DNA of 64,000 bases from Verrucomicrobiia bacterium (GTDB lineage Bacteria; Verrucomicrobiota; Verrucomicrobiia; Limisphaerales; UBA1319). Below the pieces are notes generated by a model. It was given only the letters and a program-made list of their open reading frames with translations. It was not told the origin of the DNA and ran no database searches. A program made the position numbers and the translations under genes. This document shows positions 48,528 to 59,128 of this stretch, in pieces (the stretch's first letter is position 1; every line of letters begins with the position of its first letter). The stretch covers positions 1,792,001-1,856,000 of the forward strand of contig OY760937.1 in the NCBI GenBank assembly GCA_963664225.1, given 5' to 3'.

Positions 48528-49745
48528 GTGCCATCGTTGGTGAAAATAACGGTCCTGTTGCTGCCGATGTTGTTCTGGTGGGGATGCGCCTCCCAGCCAA
48601 ACTCCAATGTGTCGGCTCCCATGACCTATTTTACGGAAGGTGTCACGAACGCACCGGCATGGCGCCCCAGCACCAATTCGCTGATCCAAATGCCGATTGC
48701 GACGGCTCCACTTCCAATGGAGACGGAAGCGGTTGAGGACCTCCCGTCTGTGGTGGTGCAGGCGCCCCCACCCGTTGCAAGCGCGGTCATCGAGACCAAC
48801 AAATGGGTGCCGTGGGAATCCTGGTGCCTGTCCAACGGTGTGGGCCGGCCGCATCCAACGACGCCCAACGCGCGCAGCAGCTTTGTGCTGGCCACGCCCA
48901 ATGGCCCCATCACACTGACCATGGGAAGCCGGGTGGCCAAATGGAACGGCCTGGATTGCTGGCTGGGATTCACGCCGCAATGGAAGGACGGTCAACTGAG
49001 CATCAACCTGCTGGACGCGCGGAAGAATATCCTGCCTTTAATGGCGCCGTTATCCGCCTCATCCCTCTCCAACCATGTGATCGTGATCGATCCCGGGCAT
49101 GGCGGACGCAGCGTGGGCGCAAAGAATGTGGCCAGCGGGTTCTATGAAAAGGATTACACGCTGGACTGGGCGCGCCGGATGCAAAAGGCGTTCGCGGCCC
49201 GCGGATGGACGGTCATTCTCACGCGCACGAACGATGTGGACATGACACTGGAGCAACGGCTGCAAGTGGCCGACCAAGCGCATGCGGCGCTGTTTATCAG
49301 CCTGCATTTCAATTCCGCCGCCCCATCCAAAGAGCAATCGGGCCTGGAAACCTACTGTCTGACGCCCACCGGAATGCCCTCCAGCCTGACGCGCACCTAT
49401 GAGGATGACCCGCGCCAGGTCTTCCCGAACAATTCCTTCGACGCCCAAAACCTCCAACTGGCCACCCAGCTTCATCGCGTGCTCATCCAGGCCAGCGGAT
49501 GCCTGGATCGCGGGGTGCGCCGCGCCCGCTTCATGAGCGTGCTGCGCGGCCAGGCCCGACCGGCGGTCTTGATCGAAGGCGGATTCTTATCCAATCCCAG
49601 GGAGGGTCAACTGATTGCGGAAGGGGCGTATCGGCAAAAGCTGGCCGAGGCGGCAGCCCGCAGCCTGGACATGCCCATGGTCAATGTGGCGGGCATCCAA
49701 CGGAGCGGCCAGGAAATGACTCCGGCCTTAATCTTGTTCAAATGA
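48528..49745 (+). CDS. N-acetylmuramoyl-L-alanine amidase (Amidase_3), lipoprotein
   Basis: VIDPGHGG, EKD, FISLHFNS, AVLIEGGFLSN. Confidence 0.93.
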   Translation: MPSLVKITVLLLPMLFWWGCASQPNSNVSAPMTYFTEGVTNAPAWRPSTNSLIQMPIATAPLPMETEAVEDLPSVVVQAPPPVASAVIETNKWVPWESWCLSNGVGRPHPTTPNARSSFVLATPNGPITLTMGSRVAKWNGLDCWLGFTPQWKDGQLSINLLDARKNILPLMAPLSASSLSNHVIVIDPGHGGRSVGAKNVASGFYEKDYTLDWARRMQKAFAARGWTVILTRTNDVDMTLEQRLQVADQAHAALFISLHFNSAAPSKEQSGLETYCLTPTGMPSSLTRTYEDDPRQVFPNNSFDAQNLQLATQLHRVLIQASGCLDRGVRRARFMSVLRGQARPAVLIEGGFLSNPREGQLIAEGAYRQKLAEAAARSLDMPMVNVAGIQRSGQEMTPALILFK

Positions 49746-49782
49746 TCGGCAAATTGAATTGCGATTTCAGCAAGGCTCACCC

Positions 49783-50754
49783 GTGACCACATCCTCGCAC
49801 ATCCTGGTCACAGGCGGGGCGGGATTCATCGGCTCGCATCTGGTGGAGAGGCTCCTGGGCGAGAATCACCGGGTCACCGTGGTGGATGATTTATCGACCG
49901 GCCGTCTGGAAAACCTGAGCGCCTCATTGCAGAATCACAATCTGAAGTTCATTGAATCGACCGTGTCGGCGTGCGCTCAATTGCCCGAGCTGGCGGCTTC
50001 CGCGCAGTTTATTTATCACCTCGCGGCGGCGGTTGGCGTGGACCTGGTCGTCACCTCGCCCATTCACACCATCCGCAACAACCTGCACGAGACTGAAGTG
50101 CTGCTCGAGGCTGCGGACAAATCGCACACGCCGGTCCTTCTGGCCTCGACGTCCGAGGTCTATGGGAAAAGCCAGAAACCGGCGTTTGCCGAGACCGACG
50201 ATCTGCTCATCGGCCCGCCATATCTGGGCCGCTGGGGCTATGCCTGCTCCAAGCTCATGGACGAATTCATGGCCCTGGCCTACTCGCGGGAACGCAAACT
50301 GCCCGTGGTGATTGCCCGTTTTTTCAACACTGTCGGTCCCCGGCAGACGGGGCGTTACGGCATGGTGCTGCCCCGGTTCATCGAGGCGGCCAAGGCCGGA
50401 CGTCCGCTGCGGGTCTTTGGCGACGGTCGGCAAACGCGCTGTTTCTGCCTGGTCCACGACACCATCGAAGCCCTGATCCGACTGCGGGATTGCCAGGCGG
50501 CGCGCGGCGAGGTGTTTAACATCGGCAGTACCGAGGAAATCAGCATACTGGAACTCGCCCACAAGGTCATCGAAACGCTCGATTCCTCCTCCCCCATCGA
50601 GTTTATCAGCTACGATCAGGCCTACGTTCCCGGGTTTGAGGATATGCGTCGGCGAAAACCCGTGGTCGATAAACTGGACCGGATCACGGGCTTTCGTCCC
50701 CGAACTTCGCTATTGGACATCATCCGTCTGACCGCAGAGGGTGCAAACGGCTGA
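49783..50754 (+). CDS. NAD-dependent nucleotide-sugar epimerase/dehydratase
   Basis: TGGAGFIG, ASTSEVYG, YACSK, RFFNTVGP. Confidence 0.93.
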   Translation: MTTSSHILVTGGAGFIGSHLVERLLGENHRVTVVDDLSTGRLENLSASLQNHNLKFIESTVSACAQLPELAASAQFIYHLAAAVGVDLVVTSPIHTIRNNLHETEVLLEAADKSHTPVLLASTSEVYGKSQKPAFAETDDLLIGPPYLGRWGYACSKLMDEFMALAYSRERKLPVVIARFFNTVGPRQTGRYGMVLPRFIEAAKAGRPLRVFGDGRQTRCFCLVHDTIEALIRLRDCQAARGEVFNIGSTEEISILELAHKVIETLDSSSPIEFISYDQAYVPGFEDMRRRKPVVDKLDRITGFRPRTSLLDIIRLTAEGANG

Positions 50755-50795
50755 TGGCTCAGGGCTGACGGGTGAGGGTCAAGTGGCCCGTGACG

Positions 50796-51461
50796 TTATT
50801 TGACCGGTTGCGGGTGCAGGACTTTGACCGGTTCGGGCTCTTTGTAATGCCGCTTTAATCCAACTTCATTCAACATTCCCGCGGGAACGCGTCCAATGAA
50901 CTCAGGGAAGGAGCGTTCGACCCGGTCGCGAATCAGCTTTTGACCGCTCTTGGAACCCCAGAAATCACCCTCCACCTTTTGAAGCATGATGGAGGCTTCG
51001 TCGGGGGTCATGTTCTCGCGCTTGGCCATAAACCACACCAATTCCTTGTCTCCGGGCAGGGACACGGGAAACGGAACGAACTTTAACGTTACCTCCTGCT
51101 CGCCGTCGCCTTCCGCGCCCGCGGGTTTGACTTTCATTTCCGTGTGAAATTGCGAGCCGTCCGGCAGATCCACTTCCACGGCAAGGGTCTGCTCTTTCTT
51201 GTCCGGCTTGATCGTGACATCACCTTCGGGAAAAGAGGCTTCGAACTGCTTTTTCAAATCCATGATGGTTTCGGCTTCGAGATTGGGCAACTCGCACTTT
51301 TCACAGAACTTCTCAAAGGCCATGGCTCGATTTTTTTGCGCCAGTTCATGTTCCACGGCCTCCATGATCTTGGTGGCCAACCGGGGGTCCTCAATCGCCT
51401 TATGAATGACCAACTTCAACAGCTCCAATACCTGCGACTCATTCGTTTTCTTCTGTTTCAT
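50796..51461 (-). CDS. Hypothetical cytoplasmic protein
   Basis: Charged globular ORF starting MKQKKT. Confidence 0.8.
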   Translation of the reverse strand: MKQKKTNESQVLELLKLVIHKAIEDPRLATKIMEAVEHELAQKNRAMAFEKFCEKCELPNLEAETIMDLKKQFEASFPEGDVTIKPDKKEQTLAVEVDLPDGSQFHTEMKVKPAGAEGDGEQEVTLKFVPFPVSLPGDKELVWFMAKRENMTPDEASIMLQKVEGDFWGSKSGQKLIRDRVERSFPEFIGRVPAGMLNEVGLKRHYKEPEPVKVLHPQPVK

Positions 51462-51614
51462 GACAAATTTCGATTCGTTAAATTCAGGGCGCATTTGTGG
51501 GCCATACGAAGAGAAAGAGCAATCCGCATTTATGGGGTGCGGCTTGCGCAAAGAAGACGCCGGAATGGTATTTTTACAGACAGCTTCCGGGAACGGACTT
51601 ATAAAACAGGCATC

Positions 51615-52769
51615 ATGAAAATCCCAAATCCTTCCAACCGGCTGCGTGAATCGATCGCGCTGAGCGTTGCCGGATTATTAATCCTCACCAGTATCGGATT
51701 TGCCCAGGACCAATCAAGGCGGGAACTGACTTTTCCGAATATTTACAGCTATGTGACGTTGAAATGCGATTTCCACATGCACACGGTTTTTTCCGACGGA
51801 TTGGTCTGGCCTACCGTGAGGGTGCAGGAGGCATGGCGGGATGGATTGGATGCGATCGCGATCACGGACCATATCGAGTATCATCCGCACAAAGTCGATG
51901 TGGGCACCAACTCCACCCGCAGCTATGACATCGCCAAACCGACGGCCGATTCGCTTGGGCTTTTGCTGGTGCGCGCCGCTGAGATCACCCGTCCCGAACC
52001 CCCGGGCCATTTGAACGCCCTCTTTTTGGAGGACACCGAACCACTTTGCACTCCGGATTACCATGACGCGGTAAAGGCCGCGGCAGATCAGGGCGCATTT
52101 TTATTTTGGAATCATCCCGGTTGGAAACAGCCCGACAACAAGGCGGTGTGGTACAAAGAGCAAGGCGAGTTCCTCGCCAAGGGATGGCTGCGCGGACTTG
52201 AGATTGTCAATGGCCCGGATTACTCCCCCATCGTGCATCGATGGGCCGTGGACAAGAACCTGACACCCATGGGCAACTCAGACACCCATGGTCCGATTGA
52301 CATGGAATACGATGGATCCGCAGAACACCATCGTCCAGTCACCCTGGTATTCGCTAAAGAAAAATCTCTGTCCTCTCTCAAAGAGGGCCTGATGGACCGA
52401 CGCATCGTGATCTGGTCCTCCACTAATCTCTACGGCGCGTCCGAATATCTGAAGCCGTTGCTGGAAAAATCGGTGCGCGTGATCAATTCCTCCATCACGA
52501 TCCAGGGCAAAGGCAGCGCCACGCTCAATCTTTATAATGAATCTCCCTGCGAATTTACGCTGCGCTCGCTGGACACTCTCAAGGGAATCCAATTGCCCAA
52601 AAAACTGGTGCTGCCTCCCGGTCGTTCCGTGGCCTGCAAAATCACCGTTACAGACCCGAGGGACGGAAAGCAAACTCTGGAACTCCCATTTATGGCCATG
52701 AATCTTCATCCCGCTCCGGATAAAACCCAACCAGTGGAAATCCGCGTGACCGTTCAGTTCAAACCATGA
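51615..52769 (+). CDS. Secreted PHP-domain phosphoesterase
   Basis: DFHMHTVFSDG, AITDH, E...GH, NHP, NSDTH. Confidence 0.9.
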   Translation: MKIPNPSNRLRESIALSVAGLLILTSIGFAQDQSRRELTFPNIYSYVTLKCDFHMHTVFSDGLVWPTVRVQEAWRDGLDAIAITDHIEYHPHKVDVGTNSTRSYDIAKPTADSLGLLLVRAAEITRPEPPGHLNALFLEDTEPLCTPDYHDAVKAAADQGAFLFWNHPGWKQPDNKAVWYKEQGEFLAKGWLRGLEIVNGPDYSPIVHRWAVDKNLTPMGNSDTHGPIDMEYDGSAEHHRPVTLVFAKEKSLSSLKEGLMDRRIVIWSSTNLYGASEYLKPLLEKSVRVINSSITIQGKGSATLNLYNESPCEFTLRSLDTLKGIQLPKKLVLPPGRSVACKITVTDPRDGKQTLELPFMAMNLHPAPDKTQPVEIRVTVQFKP

Positions 52770-52827
52770 CGCGGACCACACTTCCAACGCGCTGGACCGG
52801 GGTATATTTGCGAGGTGATTTTCGCCG

Positions 52828-55014
52828 ATGATTTTCAATACCAATGCGCCCGTGGAAAGCCTCTCGGGACTGATTGAACGGGTCACCTTTTTCAATGAGG
52901 AAACCGGATTCGCTGTGCTCAAGGTCAAGGTAAAGGGCGTGCGCGATCTGGTGTCTGTGGTCGGTTCCCTGCCGCAGGTCAGCGCGGGCGAGTGGCTGAC
53001 TGCGGAAGGCACCTGGGAACACGACCGCGAGCATGGACGACAACTGCGCGCCACCCTGTTGCGCAGCAGCGCGCCGACCACGCGGGAGGGAATCGAAAAA
53101 TATCTCGGCAGCGGCATGGTCAAGGGCATCGGCCCGGTGTATGCGCAAAAACTGATCGCCAAGTTTGGAGAGAATATTTTTGAGATCATCGATCACTCCT
53201 CCGCGCGATTGGAGGAAGTGGAAGGCATCGGTCCGGGTCGCCGCCGCAAAATCAAGGAGGCCTGGGCCGAACAAAAAACCATTCGCGATATCATGGTGTT
53301 CCTCCACTCCCAAGGAGTGAGCACCAGCCGGGCGGTGCGGATTTACAAGATGTATGGGGAGGAGGCCATCGCGAAAGTCCGGGCCAATCCCTACATCCTG
53401 GCGCGCGATATTCAAGGTGTGGGCTTTCACAGCGCGGACCAGATTGCGTTGAAAATGGGCATCCCGGCCGACTCCCTGCTGCGCGCCTCCGCAGGGCTGG
53501 ATTATGTGCTCGAACAGGCCATGTCCGAGGGCCATTGCGCGCTGCCACAGGAGGTCCTGACCGCACAGGCCGCAAAGCTGCTGGACGTGGCTGAAACGAT
53601 TGTGACGGCCGCAATGGATCGCAGTCTCGATCAAAAGGACCTCGAACGAGAAGATATTGCCGACCAGATTTATATTTTTCTGCCGGGAATGCGCCGGGCC
53701 GAGGAAGACATCGCGCGGCGGATTCGGCAACTATCCAACGGACTGCCAACCTATCCGCCGATCGATCTGGCCAAGGCCATCTCGTGGAGTCAGGAAGCGA
53801 CTGGAAAGGCGCTCGCGCCCAGTCAGGTTCATGCGCTGGAACAAGCCCTCACACGCAGGGCGATCATCATCACCGGCGGTCCCGGTGTGGGCAAAACGAC
53901 CTTGCTCAATGCGTTCCTGAAAATTCTCCGGGCCAAAAAGGTGCAGTGCCTTTTGTGCGCGCCGACGGGACGCGCTGCAAAACGGTTGCAGGAGGCCACG
54001 GGGCTCGAGGCCAAAACCATTCATCGGTTGCTCGAAGTGCAGCCCAACACGCGCGGCTTCGCACGCAATGCACGCAATCCGCTGGAATGCGGGCTGCTGG
54101 TGGTGGATGAGTGTTCGATGGTGGATGTGCCGCTCATGGCGCACCTGCTTAATGCCCTGCCAGCGAAGGCCAGCCTTGCGCTAGTGGGCGATGTGGATCA
54201 ATTGCCATCCGTCGGTCCCGGCGCGGTGCTGGCCCATTTGATCGAGAGCGGTTGCATTCCCGTGGCGCGGCTCACGGAGGTTTTTCGCCAGGCCGCCGGA
54301 AGCCGGATCATCACCAACGCCCACCGCATCAACCAAGGCCTCATTCCAGAATTGCCCGAAAAGGATGTGCTGTCGGATTTCTATTTCATCGAGCGCACCG
54401 AGCCGGATCAAATCGCGGATACGCTGGTCGAGATGGTTAGAAAACGGATTCCCAAGCGCTTTAATTGCGATCCCGTGCGCGATATCCAGGTGCTCAGCCC
54501 CATGCACCGAGGTTCGCTCGGCATTCAGGAACTCAATCTCCGGCTCCAAAACGAGCTCAACCCGGAACGCGCGAATGAACCCGCCGCGGTCAAATTCGGA
54601 TACCAGTTCCGTGTGCGCGACAAGGTCATCCAAACCTCCAACAACTACGACAAGGACGTGTTCAACGGCGACATCGGCCAGATCGCGCGCATCAACGCCA
54701 TCGACCAGGAGGTGAAGGTGCGCTTTGACGCGAAGGAGGTGTGTTACGACTACGGCGAGCTGGACGAACTGGCGCTGGCCTATGCCATTACGATCCATAA
54801 ATCACAGGGCTCGGAATTCCCAGTCGTGGTCATTCCCATCGCCATGCAACAGTATCTGCTCTTGCAACGAAACCTGCTCTACACGGGGGTCACACGCGGA
54901 CGCAAACTCGTCGTGCTCATCGGCCAATCCAAGGCGCTTTCCATCGCCGTCAGCAACTACCGCGTGCAACAACGCCACTCCGGCCTGCTGGCACGGCTCC
55001 GACGGGATAGGTGA
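52828..55014 (+). CDS. recD2: ATP-dependent RecD2 helicase
   Basis: HhH KGIGP, GGPGVGKTT, VVDECSM, GDVDQLPSVG, YAITIHKSQGSE. Confidence 0.96.
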   Translation: MIFNTNAPVESLSGLIERVTFFNEETGFAVLKVKVKGVRDLVSVVGSLPQVSAGEWLTAEGTWEHDREHGRQLRATLLRSSAPTTREGIEKYLGSGMVKGIGPVYAQKLIAKFGENIFEIIDHSSARLEEVEGIGPGRRRKIKEAWAEQKTIRDIMVFLHSQGVSTSRAVRIYKMYGEEAIAKVRANPYILARDIQGVGFHSADQIALKMGIPADSLLRASAGLDYVLEQAMSEGHCALPQEVLTAQAAKLLDVAETIVTAAMDRSLDQKDLEREDIADQIYIFLPGMRRAEEDIARRIRQLSNGLPTYPPIDLAKAISWSQEATGKALAPSQVHALEQALTRRAIIITGGPGVGKTTLLNAFLKILRAKKVQCLLCAPTGRAAKRLQEATGLEAKTIHRLLEVQPNTRGFARNARNPLECGLLVVDECSMVDVPLMAHLLNALPAKASLALVGDVDQLPSVGPGAVLAHLIESGCIPVARLTEVFRQAAGSRIITNAHRINQGLIPELPEKDVLSDFYFIERTEPDQIADTLVEMVRKRIPKRFNCDPVRDIQVLSPMHRGSLGIQELNLRLQNELNPERANEPAAVKFGYQFRVRDKVIQTSNNYDKDVFNGDIGQIARINAIDQEVKVRFDAKEVCYDYGELDELALAYAITIHKSQGSEFPVVVIPIAMQQYLLLQRNLLYTGVTRGRKLVVLIGQSKALSIAVSNYRVQQRHSGLLARLRRDR

Positions 55015-55142
55015 GTTGGAAGAGGGGTGGAAGTGTTACAAGCGGATATGACCTTAGGATAACGACGATTCTTGAGACTCGTTATTCGCTTGCCTGAACA
55101 TCACAATGCTGCTTATCTCCATAAAGCGCATGGCGATGATTT

Positions 55143-55823
55143 ATGGGGCATTGTTTGCACATAGGACCGGGACAGCGCGGATTCACCTTGATTGAATTGC
55201 TGGTGGTGATTGCCATCATCGCCATCCTGGCCGGAATGCTCCTCCCCTCGTTGAGTCGGGCCAATGCAAAGGTCAAGGCCACGGCCTGCCTGAACAATCT
55301 GCGGCAATGGGGCCTGGCCACGCAACTCTACACGCTGGACAATAACGATTTTCTGCCTGCGGACGGCACGCCCAATCCCTCCGCCTCCAGCACGAACACC
55401 GGCTGGTATGTCACGCTGCCCCGGCAGATTTCATTGCCTCCTTACCACACGATGGCCTGGCACACGAACGCCTCCGTGGATCCCGGCCGGAGCCTGTGGA
55501 TTTGCCCTGCGAACAAACGCCGCAGCAATGGCCTGAATTTATTTCATTACTGCCTCAACGAGCACGTCAATGGCACGGGCGCCGATAACGCTCCGGTCCG
55601 TTTGTCCTCCATCACGCACCTGGAATCGATGGTCTGGATCTTCGACTCGAAGAATCTTCCTGCCGTTGGGTACTGGGGCTATTCGCATACCAACTTGCAT
55701 AATGGCGGGGCGCAGTTCACCTTTCTGGACGGGCATTCGGCGCGGTTTAAGAGCTCGGAGTATTGGGATTTCACGACCGGCAAGGGACTGACAAATAATC
55801 CCAAGCTGCGGTGGGATCCGTGA
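55143..55823 (+). CDS. Prepilin-type N-methylation protein with H-X9-DG motif
   Basis: GFTLIELLVVIAII; C-terminal HNGGAQFTFLDGH. Confidence 0.92.
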   Translation: MGHCLHIGPGQRGFTLIELLVVIAIIAILAGMLLPSLSRANAKVKATACLNNLRQWGLATQLYTLDNNDFLPADGTPNPSASSTNTGWYVTLPRQISLPPYHTMAWHTNASVDPGRSLWICPANKRRSNGLNLFHYCLNEHVNGTGADNAPVRLSSITHLESMVWIFDSKNLPAVGYWGYSHTNLHNGGAQFTFLDGHSARFKSSEYWDFTTGKGLTNNPKLRWDP

Positions 55824-55859
55824 GTGAACCGCGTGGTCTTCCCACTGAATGGAGGCCGG

Positions 55860-56141
55860 TCATCCCTTTTTCTGGCGGGCCTGCTCTTTCTTCTCTTCGC
55901 GCTCGGCATTCAAGGTGACGCGGTCACTGAGCAATTGCTTGTTAAGCTGCTCATACGCGGCGAAATCCTGGGCTGCGATGGCCTGTTGAATCTGGGATTT
56001 GACGAGCAATTCCCGCTCGGCAATTTTCGCGGCGTAAATCGAATCCAACTCCGCAAGGGCCTTCTTCTGTTCGTCGGACACTTTCTCTGTGGGCGCGCTC
56101 TTGCTCAGGCGCTCCATGGCTAATTCGTATGCGGTTTTCAT
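55860..56141 (-). CDS. Small helical hypothetical protein
   Basis: MKTAYELAMERL..., 93 aa, coiled-coil character. Confidence 0.8.
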   Translation of the reverse strand: MKTAYELAMERLSKSAPTEKVSDEQKKALAELDSIYAAKIAERELLVKSQIQQAIAAQDFAAYEQLNKQLLSDRVTLNAEREEKKEQARQKKG

Positions 56142-56271
56142 TTAATTATGCTGCAACATACGCGATACCGCAGAATGAGACAATGGTTTAGGTGATTTCG
56201 AGTAAACGCACACGGCATCCGCGCACCGCCGGGCTCCAGAGGTGCGTTTGTGCAATGTCGAAAAGCGCTGG

Positions 56272-58884
56272 TTATTGCGGCGCGACGCCTTCGTCGATCA
56301 CACGGAAATAGTGATTACGAGCGCGCAAGGTGATCGGCAACCGGATAATGGTCCCGCCGATGACATCGATCCGACCAGGCAGGGTTCGCAAGGTCCGGGC
56401 GGAACCCGGATCCTCATACACCACCACGTTGGAGACCGCATTGGTGGTTTTCACATCGTACCAGATCGACATGTCGGGAGATCCCTGGATCAGGTATTGC
56501 CTGCCTGCAGAAGCCGCGAATTGGAAGCGAAAGCCCTGGCCTGCGGCAGAATCCACCGGCACAAGCTTCGGCCCCCGGGATAATGGGTTAAACCGTATGG
56601 GCCGAAAGCCCAGGCGGTCGGAGAGAAGACCGATCTTGCTCACCAGATTGGTTTTTACGCCGGGCAATTCGAGCTCGCCGTTGGGCCCGGTGAAGCCGTT
56701 GGTTCGCACGCCATTGCCCAAATCGATATTCACGAAGGCTCCGGGAACCAATGCCCCCAGAGTGTCCTTGACCTGGACGACCGTGAGACCATCGCGGGTT
56801 GTGAAACTGCCAGTGATTCCTCCAAGAGAGTAGGGAACACCGTCACGACGAATGGTCATTTCAGGATCGCCGAGAAGAATGTAACAGAAAGTATTATTTT
56901 CCCAGCCGCCGCCTCCTCCTGTAAGCACGTAGCTGATCCGCTCGGCCTCAGCCAGGGCAGGCCCCAGGCGCGTGAAGCCCGATTCGTAAATGGCTCTGAA
57001 AATGCCCATGGCGCGGTTGTGATTCTCGGCGGTGTTTGAATTGACACTCGCCCCCCAATGGGCCACCGCGCCGCCGTCATCGCGCAACATCCATTGCCGT
57101 CCAATGCAGTCTGCGGAGCGCAACCGGTTGTTTTGACAGGCGATGGAATAGACGATGGGATAAGCGTCGTTATTGAGCTTTGGAATGTAAGTGGCTCCGA
57201 CAAAATCCACGCCATTGGCATCCCAGCCTCCAACCCAGGCATTTGGGCCGCCATGTCCTCGATAGAGCACCTGTCCCCTGCCCTCGTTGATGGCATCCAC
57301 AACATCCTGATTGACGGCGCGCGTGACGTTATAACTGGCGGCGCCCGCGTGCAGGACCTGGAAGGCGGGCGGATCGGTGTAACCTGAATAATTGGCGATG
57401 GCATTGACTGCGGCGGCGTATTTGGAGGCAAAGGAGGAACTAACATAGGCTGAACCGTCGTCGTTCTGGCTGTTGGCCGCCAGAGTCACTTTGGCCGGCC
57501 AGTTGCCGGGCGATGGGGAACGCTCATAGGAGAGAATTTTATCCAATTGGGTTTGCAGTTCCGCTTCATTCTTGCAAGGGAGGCGTCCGACATAGACGCT
57601 CGAAAAGAGATCGTCGCCAATCACGGCATACACATGGTCGGAATCCCCGTTCGCATAGTCGGGCTCCGCGGTAACCCGACTGCTGCGACCGGAGGGAATC
57701 GTGTCCGTATCCCCCACCAGCAGCACGTACAGGCCATGACAATAATTGATTTTGAAGAGGTTCTCGATATAGGTGTCGATGGCATTGCGGTCGGCGGCCA
57801 CATCGTCATTAAGAGGGTCGGAACCGACATAGGCAAAATCCACATTCAAACCCTTGTTTTGTTTCCAAAGCGCGAATTCGTCGAGCGTGCTCCGATATTT
57901 GCGCGGTGTAAGGATAAGGTAATGGGCGCTTCGGGAGGCCTCGATGGCGATACCTTTGGCTGTCAGCGAATCGCGCAAGGCTTCGCCGTTCAGGAATGGG
58001 ACGTTGAACATCCAGTTATCCCAGCTGATCGGACATTCGAAATCCTCTGCGCCCTGCAGATGCGTCACCTCCACCAATAAATTTGTATAAACAACCAATT
58101 CGCTGGCATTGACCATGGAAACCAGAGGAGTCCGCACTTCGACACCGGAATAGGCACCCAACCGTCGGACACCCGTCACCGGTTCCTCGGTTCCAGTGTA
58201 GGAACCCTGGAAATTCTGGTAAAAATCCGAGTCCAGCAAAACCGGCGCGGTAAACCCGTTCGTAATGACGGCCTGGTCATAGGCATCGTAACCGGCCGGC
58301 GCCAGGGGATGCGTCAACTTCAGAAGGGCGCCTTGCGCGCGAGTGTTTTTCACTCCCAAATCATTTGCGGTATTGAGCCGGGAGGCCGCGACCAAGCCGC
58401 GCAAGGTCGGGATGCCGGGACGCGCGCCCACAGGATCAATTCCCAATTTTCTCATTTCCTCAACGGTTTGGGGATTTTTGCCAATGGCGGATGCCGGGTA
58501 AACGGCCTGCGGTATCGTGATGGCTGGAGCGTTCTGAAAACGCGCACGCCCAATGTTGACCTGTTTGGCGAGCGAGGGAAAATCGAACCATGCCGTCCTC
58601 CCGAATCCGGCGCCTCCCAGTTGGACCGGCGGATATTCGATTCGCGTGAAGGTGTTACTGCCCTCGGTTTGCGGCGTCAGCCAGACGCCGCGAACCTGCA
58701 ATTCGTAAATCGTGCGCTGTCTGGTGGACTCGACCACCTGCATCGTCACGGGGGTGTCCTGAGGCGCAATGCCATCGAGGGCCTTCCAAGTGCGCACCGC
58801 CCGTTGAGCGGAGGCTGGCATGGGGGCGGCAAGGAGAAGGACGAAGGCGATGAATATCTGTTTCAAAAGAAGGTGTTTTTGCAT
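56272..58884 (-). CDS. Gingipain-like cysteine peptidase (family C25) with propeptide
   Basis: Signal peptide; YVLLVGD, VGRLP, YRGHG (His), SIACQ (Cys), LLGDP. Confidence 0.9.
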   Translation of the reverse strand: MQKHLLLKQIFIAFVLLLAAPMPASAQRAVRTWKALDGIAPQDTPVTMQVVESTRQRTIYELQVRGVWLTPQTEGSNTFTRIEYPPVQLGGAGFGRTAWFDFPSLAKQVNIGRARFQNAPAITIPQAVYPASAIGKNPQTVEEMRKLGIDPVGARPGIPTLRGLVAASRLNTANDLGVKNTRAQGALLKLTHPLAPAGYDAYDQAVITNGFTAPVLLDSDFYQNFQGSYTGTEEPVTGVRRLGAYSGVEVRTPLVSMVNASELVVYTNLLVEVTHLQGAEDFECPISWDNWMFNVPFLNGEALRDSLTAKGIAIEASRSAHYLILTPRKYRSTLDEFALWKQNKGLNVDFAYVGSDPLNDDVAADRNAIDTYIENLFKINYCHGLYVLLVGDTDTIPSGRSSRVTAEPDYANGDSDHVYAVIGDDLFSSVYVGRLPCKNEAELQTQLDKILSYERSPSPGNWPAKVTLAANSQNDDGSAYVSSSFASKYAAAVNAIANYSGYTDPPAFQVLHAGAASYNVTRAVNQDVVDAINEGRGQVLYRGHGGPNAWVGGWDANGVDFVGATYIPKLNNDAYPIVYSIACQNNRLRSADCIGRQWMLRDDGGAVAHWGASVNSNTAENHNRAMGIFRAIYESGFTRLGPALAEAERISYVLTGGGGGWENNTFCYILLGDPEMTIRRDGVPYSLGGITGSFTTRDGLTVVQVKDTLGALVPGAFVNIDLGNGVRTNGFTGPNGELELPGVKTNLVSKIGLLSDRLGFRPIRFNPLSRGPKLVPVDSAAGQGFRFQFAASAGRQYLIQGSPDMSIWYDVKTTNAVSNVVVYEDPGSARTLRTLPGRIDVIGGTIIRLPITLRARNHYFRVIDEGVAPQ

Positions 58885-59128
58885 GACGTTCCTTTAAGAT
58901 TGGCGTGTATTTCACATGAATTATGTCGCGCTCCCGCTCCAACCCGTGATCCACAAAAGCTTTGAGGACTATAAATAACTGTCCACTCAAGTCAATTTTA
59001 TATTTGATGTATTTATCGAACGCCGCCGACGCGGCGCATGGTGTTGCGAAATGCGGACGCCGCTTGTCCAAACGGGTGACTTGGTGGTAATCTGCACGCA
59101 ACGAATTGGATCAATTCAACATATTGCC

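Noticed and set aside
51144..51614. 157-aa N-terminal extension of the PHP protein
   Set aside because: Overlaps the opposite-strand gene; the signal peptide begins at ATG 51615
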